A stretch of DNA of 64,000 bases from positions 1,116,001-1,180,000 of the forward strand of contig JBLDXI010000002.1 in the NCBI GenBank assembly GCA_047495785.1, written 5' to 3'. The DNA is from Lepidodermella squamata. Taxonomy: Eukaryota; Animalia; Gastrotricha. Shown here piece after piece: positions 1 to 12,305 of the stretch (position 1 is the first letter of the stretch; each line of letters starts with the position of its first letter). The position numbers and the translations under genes are program-made. The notes under the pieces were generated by a model. The model was given only the letters and a program-made list of their open reading frames with translations. It did no database searches and was not told where the DNA came from.

Positions 1-1
1 A

Positions 2-1442
2 CCAAGTATTCTCTTCACGAAATCTGGCTACGGGTATGGGCACTTTTTTTAAGCTTCAATATTTTATTAATTTTCTATAAAGGTGTAGCTCTGATGTTGG
101 ACTGAACGGCACAGCTCAAACCATAATTCTGAACACAGGGTGCTTAACAGTAAATTTGCGAATATTGTTTTGAAAAATTAACTTTGGCGGCTATTTTAAA
201 GTCTGGAATCGCCGCTCACGAAGTCGGGCATGCTTTAGGACTGGTAAATCTAGTTATTTTTTTCAGATTTTTTTAATTCATGATCCATCCTCAAGATTCA
301 TGAGCATCAACGCAGCGATCGCGATCAATTTATCAAAATAAATTGGGCCAATGTTCCGAGGTAAGGGAACGGCAGACCGTTATAACAGCAAATACCCAAA
401 ACAGCAAACGCGACAAAACAGAAACTTTATCAATTTGTGACATAACAGCAGAAACACGATGCATCTTTTACATAGCAAAATTTTGCTGTTTTGTCGCGAA
501 ATGAAAATATTGCTGTTTTGTCGCATTCGCTGTTCTGCGCAGTTGCTGTTTTGTCGCCTTTTTTCTTATATTTTCAATGCCTTTAATCATTTAAGCCAAC
601 TGTACTCCGAATTCCAAGCAATGCCAAGTGGTTATGATATAAATTACGGATCAACCTACGACTACGACTCAATCATGCATTACGACGCTTACATGTACGC
701 TATTGACAGATCAAAGCCGACGATGGAACGAAAAGATGGTGGCGATCAAACGGTTTTAGGCCAAAGGTCCAAGCTCTCGTTTCACGACATTCGCCGAATC
801 AACGTTCACTACGACTGTTCTTGTAAGCGAATTCGCCCTCATCTTTCAAAGCCATTAAAAATTAATTTTCTAGTCATTTCATGCGGAACCGAAATGAGAT
901 CAGTGATGTGTATGAATGGCGGCTACGTCAATCCGAAAAATTGTTCGAGTTGCCACTGCCCGCCGGGTTTCACCGGACCTCGATGCCAACCAACTCCGCC
1001 AGTGATAACTCTTATTCAACAGGTGGGTGAATCCACTGTTTTGCCCGAAGATTGATCTGTTAACTTGGCCTCAAGTGTTCCAATCCTTCTCAATTCAAGT
1101 GCCGCAATGGAAAGTGTATTTCGAAAACAAAGCGATGCGACGAATTCAATGATTGCGGTATAGCTTTTGACTAAATTTAAGAAAAACATGTGGCAATTTA
1201 ATTTGTTTAGGTGACTGGAGTGACGAGATAGCCTGCGCATCACCTCTTGAAACATTTTTGATAGGAAGAGGCCGCGGATGCTTCTCCGACCAGTTTCAGT
1301 GCCGCAATCGCGTTTGCATCAACGGAGATTATCAATGCGATGGAGTTATCGATTGCAGTAGGTTTCATTCCTAATTTCTATAACATCTTCACTCCGATTG
1401 TTTCCAGGCGATGCAAGTGACGAAGCTAACTGTGATGCTTGA
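2..1442 (+). CDS. Astacin (M12A) metalloprotease with EGF and LDLa domains, 5' part outside the window, multi-exon
   Basis: Manual splicing gives GCSSDVG...[14 protein letters not shown]|[10 protein letters not shown] (astacin zinc motif HExxHxxGxxHE), the Met-turn YDYDSIMHY, an EGF domain [26 protein letters not shown] and a terminal LDLa domain [35 protein letters not shown]. Stop TGA at 1440-1442. Exon structure between 1023 and 1264 is uncertain. Confidence 0.93.
383..557. repeat. Foldback/MITE-like inverted repeat array in the astacin intron
   Basis: The left arm has repeats of AACAGCAAA/GCGACAAAACAG. The right arm has three copies of the reverse complement TTGCTGTTTTGTCGC. It lies in the enlarged intron 361-~596. 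No clean TSD was found. Confidence 0.6.
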
Positions 1443-1544
1443 ACATTATATATTATCCTGGAACTTTTTCGGCTTGATGTGATATACAAAAAATTGGCAC
1501 TGCCCGCTAATAAAACCGCAGCTTTGTTTGTTTTTATATAAATG

Positions 1545-3011
1545 TTAGAGAGTTTCGTATGGCCTGGCGTAGTTGTAGTTCCCGGCCGGTCCGTAGCTGC
1601 ACACTAGCACGAAATCAAAATTTACGTTACCACACTGCGCTACAGCACATCTGTAAAGCGTGAAAAATACATTATTTAATACTTTCCATGAAGTGATAAT
1701 TGAAACTCATATATACCCAACATGCGTCGTGTTCTCCCAGACAATTTGGGTGTAGTGGCCAACCATGGAACCAGCTGGTTTGGGACCGATACCATACTCC
1801 CAGTAGTTCCACTCCCAACCCCATGAATTAATGCAATTTGACAAGGAAAGTTGTAGATTCGCATCCCCGCCACTCCAACACAGATTTTCCCCAATTGCCG
1901 GCCATCCTTTATCTTGCATTGTCAGCCAATCTTGCGGCGAATGATTCCCCGATACACTATTTTTGTTCAAACTTCGGCATTGAACGGCCCACCTCTCAGC
2001 CATGGCTGCTAACTGATCGTCCCACTTCAAGTCGGACAACGGTTTCTTCGATCGGGGATTGACATTCTGTCGCCAGCAGTTGTGCAGCTTCAAGACGGCG
2101 TTAACAGAAACAGGAATGATCCTTAGAAGATTCGCAGAGTTATCGAGACACATCAGAGGACTTTCTCCACGGAAGTTACGGCAGTATTGCTTATTTACAC
2201 TTCTGCTCATCGGACCAGATTGTTCGTCGATTTGAGCAGGACATACCGTCAATGTCAAATCGTTGGTTGGGCAATCAACAGGTAGTGGCCAGTTTGCGTT
2301 CACCCCGTCCATGCATTTCACTGATGTGTGGACTTTCCCAGATCGCCCGCCGTTCGCTGTCGAACAACAGTAGTCAGCGAAATTTGTCTTTTTCCCAGAA
2401 GAGTCTTGCTCCCACCGAATACGGCAAATGGAGCCTCCCATGATTGTAGGAGGTTGGCCGCATTCCTTAAAAACTGGTTTTGAAGTAGTGGTGGGTTTCG
2501 CAGATTCGCGGTAAGTTGCTGTAGTAGAAATTATTGGAGGTGTATTGACCGTTGAGCTGGCTTTAGACGATTGGGTGGAAGTCGTAGTGGTTTGAGATTC
2601 AGCCGTGGATGTTTCGAAATAACTTTCCGTGGTGGTTGCAACAGTACTTGCCTTGGAAGTAACAACGGTAATTCTCGTAGGAAGAGGCGAGTGAGTGGTT
2701 TCGGTTATCGCTGTCAACAATGTTGTAGTCGGCGTTGCAGCACTCACCAAAGAGTCTGATTCGCCGATTGTTAGTGGTGACACAGAAGATGTCACTGAGC
2801 CTTCGAAAATCTTCGTTTGACCAAGCCGCTGTTTAACACGATTAGCTACATGTATGTGCTGCAAAGCTTCTCTTGCCAAGTTGATATGAATGTTGTGAAT
2901 CATTCGCGCTGAGTCAATAGTTTCATAATCGGAGTTAGGAGTGGTTTGACATGCGTCACTCCTACACGCGGCACAGATCAAAGTTATTAATATCGAAAGC
3001 AAAAATCTCAT
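1545..3011 (-). CDS. Secreted CAP/SCP (PR-1/CRISP-like) protein with signal peptide and Thr/Ser-rich stalk, 2 exons
   Basis: Signal peptide MRFLLSILITLICAAC. CAP motifs LHNCWR, LKWDDQLAAMAERWA, GENL and GHYTQIVW. The spliced last exon reads GCAVAQC...LVCSYGPAGNY, with stop TAA at 1545-1547. Confidence 0.92.
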
Positions 3012-3398
3012 AGTTGGCCCGGGTTAATTAAATTCAAATAGGTTTTCTATCTGGACCTTTGGATCGGGTTCGTAAAGCGTGACCAGTGGTTAAAACTCAA
3101 AGGTCAAAACGTGAATTCCAAGTTGTTCTGCGGTCATCGTTGGTTTATTATTTGAAATATCGCAAGCTCGCTTGATACAATAACTGCAACGAGCAGGTAA
3201 ATAATAATATAATCTCAAGCGTATCGGGTGGTCGTGAATAATAATTATCGACGTTGTTGATAAAATTACACACAATAACGAATATAATAAAAAGTAGCGT
3301 GGTAAAATAGTGTTTAAAAAGTAATCCGATAGACTTGTTCGAAAATCAGCTAGATTTGCTCAGTGAATTGCTCGAGGACTTCTTCGTTGTTCAACCAT

Positions 3399-6300
3399 TT
3401 AAGCCTCCGCAGCACGACGCTGAAATTTAAAGATAAATTAACAATTCACTCTTTCAAAAATCCGGCTATACCTGTCGCTAACAGCACCGCTGATGTCGTC
3501 ATCAAATTGCTCACTTCGCGGGATTTTTCGATTGTGCTTCTTCACCTTGGCCATCGGCTTTGTATACCTTACGTAAGGATCATCATCTCCCTCCGATTGA
3601 ACCTCGTCGTCAGATTCTGAGAAGCTATCCGAATCTGACAAGTTCCTGAACGACATGTCCCACGATGCGAGTGAAGTCGTCATAGAAACAGAATCTTCCT
3701 CGCGATCAGATGGTTTTCTCGTCGTCGATGTAATTGTAGGTAAGTCCGGCTGATGAGGAGGCAGAAGAGGGACTGGCTCGACGGAATACGTCTCGACAGA
3801 GGTCTTGGCTAGATTTTTCGCCGTCTTGGGCTGAACTTGCGGATTCGGTCGAAGGTAGGTAACGTCCTGGTCGTCCTCTTCATCAGAAGTTGAAGAGAAG
3901 GACTGAGTTTGTGGTCGTTCGAATGATTCTACTGGCGGGGGTAGAGGGGCGTGAATTATTGCCGGCTTCCCAACGATTTGCACAACCTCAGCCTGATAAT
4001 AGGTGACTGGTTCGTTAGGAACCACCGCTTCGGCCGTAACCGGTTGCGGAGGAATCGCGCTTTGAGATAATGAGGTTGGCTCTGCTCTTGTGTTGTGGGT
4101 GTTTTCTTCTGCAGTTATCCTATCCTCAGCTTTTTGTTTCGGGTCAACTGATGACACGGTTTTAATGGGTCTGATGACACCCAACGTAGGTCGTGCGGGT
4201 GCAGTTGATGGCTTTATGTTACTTTCTAGTGGAACTTCCTTCCCTGGATGGATGATTGCAGGTGTTGAAGTTAAATTGATTGCTTCAGCTTGATAAGTGG
4301 GAACTGGGGTGTCCGCTTCAACTACCACCACAGACTTTTTGTAGGCCGGATTCGGAATCGTCGTTGTAGCCCTTTCTTCCGCAGGTTTAACCGGGGAATC
4401 AGCTTGTGCTTGATTTGAGCCAATCTCTGGTGTGATCTCTGGTTCAGTTGAAGATTTCACGCCGTCGCGGTTTACCGCCGGAGTGATATGAACGTTCAGA
4501 GTTTCGGCCCGATAAGTGGATGCAGCGGGCGCAACAACATCCACCGAAGCGGTAGCAGGCTGAGGAAGCTTAGGAGCATCCTTGGGCTTAACCTTCACAA
4601 CGTAACGCGGTCGAGGTGTTTGCGTCTTCCCAGATACTTCAGCCGAGACGTTTTCGTAGGTTGATGACCAGTCATCAGCAGGGGTCTCTGCAGGTTTGGT
4701 TTCGAAGACCTCATCGCCGGAATCTCCTTGCGTCTTAGGACGCTCGTGTGCCATAGCAGCTGCTACTACGTCAGGTGGTGCCTCCACGCCCGCGTGGACC
4801 ACTGCCTCGGTGACTGAGGGGACGTAGCTTTCAGCGATGACAGAAGATGGCAGCTGTTTCGGCTCAATGAAAGCAGTCGGTGTCGAAGGTTGAGCAAACC
4901 AAGACCATCTTTCGGCTTTTGGTGATAAAACTCCCTTGGAGGAGATCGATGGCTAAAAAAGGAGAGTTGAAATTGAAATGATCAATCAGTTTCAAGATTT
5001 GCCAAAATTATCTTACCCGAAAGTTGGCTGGAGACACGGGTAGGGATGACGCTAGAAACTTTGACTTCGAAGGATCGTCCTTTGGCGCTGGGGGCGGTAA
5101 AGTTTTAAAGTTGAATCTATCTTCCGATGGGTTTTCAACGTTGTTTTCAGCAGATTTTTCAATCTCTGCTATTCCTTCATCGTGAATTATCGCTTCAACG
5201 CAAGAGGGTGAATAACTGGATGCGATATAGGTCTCAAAAGGTAGCAAGCTCTCTTCCAGCTTCCCGTCAACCTGATCATCCAGTTCAAGAGGCTGATTTT
5301 CCACTTGGACAGTTTGAATGATACCGCTGCCTGCTGGCTGTTCAATGTTTACGTTGTTTACAGCAGCTGTCTCGACAATTTCTTCAGCCTCAGCTTCGTC
5401 GCTGGACTCTTCAATTCCATCTGGGTGTATCACTGCTTCGACGAAAGACGGCGAAAAGCTTGATGCAATGTAGGTGACTTCGTTTTCGACAATTTTATCA
5501 TGTTCCTCTTCATCGGGCTTTTCTTCGAAAACAGAGCTGGATCTCGAGCTAATTGATCGATCGGCCGTCATCGGTTCCGCGACTTGTTCCTTATGAAAAG
5601 CCATCCCTTGGGTCGGAGCCGCGACCACTTGAACAGGACTTTCCTGTAAGGTTTCATCTGGAGGCCGATGTTGCAGTATAGTGGCATCTTCGCCGTTGAC
5701 ACTAAGCTCTCTGTGATGAGTAATCGCCGGCGTAGTTACTACTTCTGACTCGGGCTCGAGTTCAGCAATAGCTGACTCCAACTTCTCTGCTCGAGTCATC
5801 TGAGGGGTCGAAACGTTGGTATTAGCATAGATATCTTCGTCGAATTCCTGCACTGGTTCAATTCTCCCGGCCGGTGAAGTGGCGGCAGGTGAAGCTGGAG
5901 CATCGACCGATCGTTCTCGAATGGTATCATAAAGAGGAAACCTTAAAAACAAATTTGTTGCTTAATAGAAGGACAAAAGTACCAATACTCACTCGGGCAC
6001 TTCAACATCAGGATCGTCGTAGGTCAATTTTTTGCTCTTCCTAGGGCCTTTAGAAATCGTCGATTCGCGTTGCTTGTTCTTCGCTGAAGTAGATCTTGGC
6101 ACAAGGCATGAGAATATGCCGAGAAAACCACGATTTCGTTTCTTATCTTTTTTCTTCTTTGGTACATCTTTTGCGGCTGGCACTGTTTTAACGACTTGCG
6201 GCTGGCTTTGAGGCCTAAAACGTTTGGTGTAAAAAAGCCCCAAGTTATAAAAGTTTTACTCACGTTCTTATATCGGTCGTTGCAGTCGTTGTGATAGCCA

Positions 6301-9300
6301 CAATTTCCGGAGGCTCGGAGACTTGCCTTGCCGGTGTAGCCGCTGGCAGGGACAAAACAACCTCTTGCGTAGACAGAGAATCCGGCGCTGCTTCTAACCC
6401 GCGATTTGCGGCCTGTTGACGTAGTTCAGCTTCAACCAATGAGTCTACGAGCATACCATGCCGTCTAATTGACCGCCGGCTGGAGGCCCTAGAGGATCTT
6501 CGAGATGAGGCTTTACGCACAAATCCAGACGAATGAATTGGTGAATCTATCAAATTAAAAACGATTAGACATTTTGGAGCAGTTTGCTACTCAGAAATTA
6601 CCAGGTTGATCACTCTGGCTGTGTCTTGAAGAGGGCGTTGGCGAATTTCTGCCTGTATTCTCCTCAGCTTGTTCGGTCGGTGGTGTTTTAGGCCTTTGGT
6701 TCTCAGAATCCTGCTCCCTCTCACCAGGTAAGAAATAGCCGGATGGTCGATGCTTGATTAGAGGTAACTGGAACTTCAGAGTGTCGTATGGCGATACGAT
6801 AACACTGCTAGCTGTCGAGTTAATTGAAGTTCGCTGGCCCAGAGGAATTCTAACCGATTGAGTGATATCTGTCCCGTCCTTTCCGCGCGAATCTGTTGGC
6901 GAATCTTCTCGCAACTGAACTGTTGTAGGAGATACAACAGTTTCCTCCTCGTCGTCTGAAGAGGTAGATGAGAAAGATTGGTTCTCAAGGTTCTCGTCAC
7001 TTCCACCTAAAAGAAAGCTTTGCAAATTTCAGGGATAAAAACATTTCCAAAGCATACCTTCTTCGGATTGAAATTCAAACGTTTCATGGATAATGGCTGG
7101 GATTGGTTCCAAAACAAGAACGGAAGCCACATACACTGATTCGGGATCCTCTACCTCTGGCAGAACTGATTCTTCGAATTGATCAACTTTCTCAGTTTCT
7201 GCGGGTTTGTTTTCTTCGGCAACTACAATTTCACCTGGCGGTTCCTCATCTTCAGCTTCATCAGAGCTTGAAGAAGAGCTGAATGAATCTTCGCTAGAAG
7301 AGCTGTCTGGATCAGCAGTGACTTCAAGAATTGATTCGACAGGCTCATCAAGCTTTCGGGTTTCTTCCAGGGCAAAAAGTTCGTGAACAATAGCTGGGGT
7401 ACCTTCATTCAAATTCATCACATCGGCGATGTAGGAATTCACGACTAGAGGTTCCTCGACGACTTGAGAATCAGTTACTGAATCTCGTGATTGAGGTGTC
7501 TCACTGCCTGATTCTTCGTCCGCTTGATCTGGAGGCATTAGCTCAACCCTTCGCGCCGTCTCTTGGTTAACTGATGGCTCAACGATATTTATTAGCGCCT
7601 GTGAGTATTCAGGCTTTTCGGCTGTCTCTATTTGAGGAGGAGCGCAGCTTATTCCAAGCATGTCGAGCTCAACTTCAAAATTAGCTAGAATAAAGGCTCT
7701 GGAATTGATTCGAATTGGCGAATGCGGAGGAGAATATGAGCCGATTGACGGTGGTGGCGAGCAGTTGAAAATTGTCCTCACAGGCTTAGTTTTAGTCACA
7801 ACAGGGGCAACAGTTTCCACTGGTGATTCAACAGTTTGCTGTATCGTTGGAGCAACAAAGGAATCCAGCAAGGTTTTCGTTTTGATCGCTGAATGAGCGG
7901 AAGCGATTACGCCAGAAACAAAATCGGCAGCATTTGATTTTTCATGGGACAGGTCTTCTTCGACTTGAGTTGGTTGCTCAATATCCCCTTCTGAAACCAC
8001 TGATGATGCTGATGAGCTCGAAGAGACTACTCCCGGACAAATTGCTATAACTGGCGAGGTTGGAGTTGCTTCTTCTTCACTCTCCAGAACGAACTGAGAG
8101 TGAATTATCGCGGGAATAGAATCGTGGTGGACATTTGCACTTTCAGCAAAGTAAGGTGTGATAGCTTCTTCTTGAGGAACGTCTTCAACAGATAGCTCAA
8201 CCCATTCCTCAGGATTGAACTCGCTTTTGGGAGCTTCAACAGACACTGGAACAGCCTGTTCTGTGGAGGATCGAGGCGAATCTTTCGTGTGGACGATTGT
8301 TGCATGGATGACAATGGAGGCATCCAAGTTCTCATCTTTGTTTCCAAAATCGATCAAAGAGGTTGGTTTCTCGGGCCGTTGCTCGGCTTGATCTGGGATC
8401 TGTGGAGCTTCTTCACCGAGTTCGTGAGCAGGAGCTTCGACAGACACTGAGACAGCCTGCTCTGTGGAGGATCGAGGTGTATCTTTCGTGTGGACGATGG
8501 TTGCGTGGAGGACCACGGAAGCATTTAGGTTCTCATCTCCGTTCCCGAAATCAATCAAAGAGGTTGGTTTCTCCGGCTGCGGCTCAGCTTGATCTGGAAT
8601 CGGTGTTGTTTCTTCACCGAGTTCGTGAGCAGCAACCACAGTAGCGTGTAAAACAATGCTTTTCAGGTTGTCATCTTCTGGTTCGATAGGTGGCAAAGTT
8701 GCTGGAATAGCTACCTCTTGTGAAGTCTCTATTTCGAATGGATTGGCTTCATGCTGTGATTTTTCCACTGTTGGCTCAGGAATAGTTGCCACAACGGCGT
8801 CTTCTGAGGGAATCTGGAGCTCCTCCAGAATGAAGCCAGGGTGAATTACAGCTTCAGTCACATCGATTGCACCCAGTTCTTCGGCCTTGTATGATTGAAG
8901 CCCATTCGAATTAGCGAGTTCTTGAACTGTCGGCGGCTGTGCGATGGATGGGAGTGATGAATCATCTTCCTGGTTGGAAACAACTGGCTCGACTTCGATG
9001 GGTGGCAACGTTGCTGGAATAGCTTCCTCTTGTGTAGTCTCTGTTTCGAATGGATTGGCTTCATGCTCTGATTTTTCTACTGCTGGCTCAGGAATAGTTG
9101 CCACAACGGCGTCTTCTGAAGGAATCTGGAGCTCCTTCAGAACGAAACCCGGGTGAATTACAGCTTCAATCGCATCGACTGCATTCAATGCCTCGGCGTT
9201 ATATGATTGAAGCTCATTCGAATTGGCGAGTTCTTGAATAGTCGGTGGCGTTGGTTGGGATGGGAGTGCTGAATCATCTTCGAGATTTGAAACCTCTGAT

Positions 9301-10790
9301 TCATCGGCTTGGCTTACTGGCATAGTCACCTCCAAATCTGATGGTTCTTCTGCAAACGGATTCACTTCTTCAATCACTTCGGGCTCTGAGGCGGATATTG
9401 GTGCTGCCTCTTCCAACTGAATAAGCTGATCCTCTGGAGTGAAACCTGGATGGATAACCGCGTCAGTTGCGATGATTTCCGCGAGCTGATCGGCTGTGTA
9501 AATCGGAATATCTGCTGATAGCCCATCTTCGTGAATAATTGCTGGTTCCGTAATCAAAACCACCGTTTCAGCGTTGTAAGACTCCACTGGATCTTCGATT
9601 ACCGCTCCGTCTTTTTGCTCTTCACTAGTTTGAAGGGTGACTTCGCTCTCGAGGGTAGGTTCTATTGGTTCGGGCGACAGGATGGAAGTCGAGGTTGATT
9701 CCGTTTGAGTTGTCATGCAAGTTGAGCAAGTGCCACTTGATCCAGAGAAGGACTCGGTTGAACCTTCTGATGTCGGTGATTCAACTCGCTCCTCCACATC
9801 TTGTTGAACCGCCTCAGGCTCCTCTGGTTCAACAATATCAGCAAAAGGATTGGCCGTTTCTTCCGGTTCTTTGCCTAAATCATCTGGAGTTCCGGATGGA
9901 ACGAAATCGTCATCAACTCTGACAGTCTCTGCGAAGCTTTGAGCGGAAGGTTCTGGTGCATCGTCGTGTGAAGGTGAGTCCTCTTCAGAGTCTGATACTG
10001 ACCCGGACGAATGAGATCCGGAGCAAGTGGAACAGCTTCCTGAATAAGAGCCGCTGGACGAAGCGGAATCTGGCTCATCGACAACGTCATTCTCCTGAGT
10101 TGCCACTACAGCATCCGCTTCAACAAACGGATTTTCGACATCGGCAATGAGTTCATCGGTAATATCGGTCTGAGGATCTGCCATTTGGTATTCAGTTATA
10201 TCATCGGATTGAGGAGGGATTTCGTTCTCGCCCTCCAAAAAGGGACTCTCAGTTTGGACAATGGTTTCCTCCTGTGGGGCGACATCGGCAAACGGATTGG
10301 CACCCTCGTCGACTGGCGGTTCAGTTCTGATTGGGAGTGTTTCAGCTGTCCCATTCGGCACATCTGAAACTGATGATTCAGAGTCAGATTCCGAGTCAGA
10401 ATGAGACCCAGAACAAGTTGAGCAAGAACCGTCGGAATAGGAATCAGATTCGCCTAATTGGCTGCCTGCTTGAGGTTGTTCCACTTCGTTAGCTCTAAGT
10501 GTATCCTCCAGATCTTCGTCTGGCTGTTGACCTTCTTGCCGATCGCCATCCATCGAAGCGCTCCGTAAACTAACGGAGTCTTCGAACGGATTCTCGCCAG
10601 GTTGCGATACTGAGGATGATGAGTAAGAACTGGATGAATCTGAAGAGGAAGACGGCGAAATCGACGGGTCTTGAATTAAAGAATCGCGGTTCTCCGTGTC
10701 GACAGTTAGTGGCTCGTAAATTCTGTCTTGCTGGCCATTATTCTCGTTAGTGATAATATCGACATCCTTCAAAACTGTTGTTGTGCTCAT
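3399..10790 (-). CDS. Very large acidic, disordered multi-exon protein with NPF motifs and a repeated Y-x-A-[ED/S]...[P/E]A[IV][IV]H motif
   Basis: Same-strand ORFs 7029-10790, 6591-7025, 6260-6553, 5989-6243, 5008-5952 and 3438-4802 are separated by ~50-nt GT-AG introns (e.g. 7007-7057), and the peptide motif recurs in several of them. The end is either 3438 or 3399 (via a 30-nt intron). Confidence 0.8.
8230..9290 (-). repeat. Two intragenic tandem duplications (periods ~201 bp and ~312 bp)
   Basis: ACAGCCTGYTCTGTGGAGGATCGAGG occurs at 8251 and 8452. GCTGGAATAGCT with long flanking identity occurs at 8701 and 9013. Both periods are in frame. Confidence 0.85.
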
Positions 10791-12305
10791 TCGTGAGTAA
10801 TAAATAAAAGCTATATCAATTGAAAGGCGAGATAAGTTTGTTGTTTTGATTCTATGAAAGGCAAAAACTTTTAAGCTGGCGATTTTTAGTGAAAATGGTT
10901 TTTTGCTCGCGTTTCTAGCAAACAGCAGCTGAGGGGCGAGCTATTTTTACGATACGCCTCCAGTCGTAGGCTAGGCAAGTTCTCGCGCAATGATTAGCTC
11001 AACCTGTTTTTATTATCAGAGACACCACCTCAGCAGAACGGCACTCGGATGATGCGCACGCTTACAACCGGTGGAATTCGAGATAACAACGCTTTGCGAT
11101 AGCGTCGTGATTCTCTGTCGCGCCACCTAATTTGAATAATATTATATTATTACAGTTTTCACTGTGACGTCGAGATAAAAGTTGCTTAGATTGCACTACG
11201 TTTTGGTCCGATTTCGGTCACCTTATCAAAAACAGTCCTACAACATTAAAGCGGCAAAACTTGGCAGGTACGCAATTTTTTCCCAACACGATAAGAGCAG
11301 ACCGCGAAAAAATAGGTTCGTGAATTTTCAAGCTAATCATCTCACGCTAGCTGTTCTGCAGCACAATCACGGCTCCGCGCTGAGAAATTCCAACCACCTT
11401 AAAAGGAATTCAGCTGAAGTGCAATGTTAGCCCCAGCTGTTGTAGGAATTTTTATTAGTTCGAAGATTTATCAAGAATTGGGAACTAAATAAATAATAAT
11501 TAATAATTAATGATAAATTAATTAATTGAAAAATATTTTAAATCTCCGCAAATTTCCGTATTGATTACCTGGTATTTAATCGACTATATTCGATTCTTCC
11601 GCATTTTTAACCTAAAAAAAATCAATTGAATATTCAAAAATCGAATTTCCTCAATTTCCGATCAAATTTTATTCAAAAAGCAATATAACAATAATCAAGG
11701 CGCAAATGCTGAGAATTCGTGTCCTCGCGATTCGAGATGTACATATTCCGTTGAAAAATTCAAACTGAGTTAAAAGATGAATCATCACCTCTCGTATGGC
11801 TGGAATTCGAACAAATCACGTGCTTGCTGCGAAAAATAGAGCCAATATTTTCGGTGCCGAGAGAGAGAGAGAAAAAAAATTAAGGAGGAACTCGCTGACA
11901 CAGCATAGTAAAATAACAATCACAAGATGAGCATTAGAGAGAAAAAGCGGCTGCAGAGGACGGAGAAAGCGGGAAAATGTGATCCACAGAATGATAAAAA
12001 ACACAAGTGCGAGAAGTGCTGACGAGGCGAAAAATCGAGGTAGATGAAGAAGAGGTTCAACAAGCGAGAGGATAAATTTGGCGAAAAATGCCATCGAATT
12101 AATAATGCTGAGGTATTTTTCTCAATCAAAAAATCAATAATAATAATAATGTTATATAATGATAACAATAAAAAATGCGTATGATTCTTTGGAATGGCAG
12201 TTTCTTCATTTGGAATGATATCGAAAAATTCAAAATTGTTATACTATGTTGGCTGTTTTAAGGAGGTTAATAGCACGACTTTGCGCGATTTCTTGATAGA
12301 GTTTT

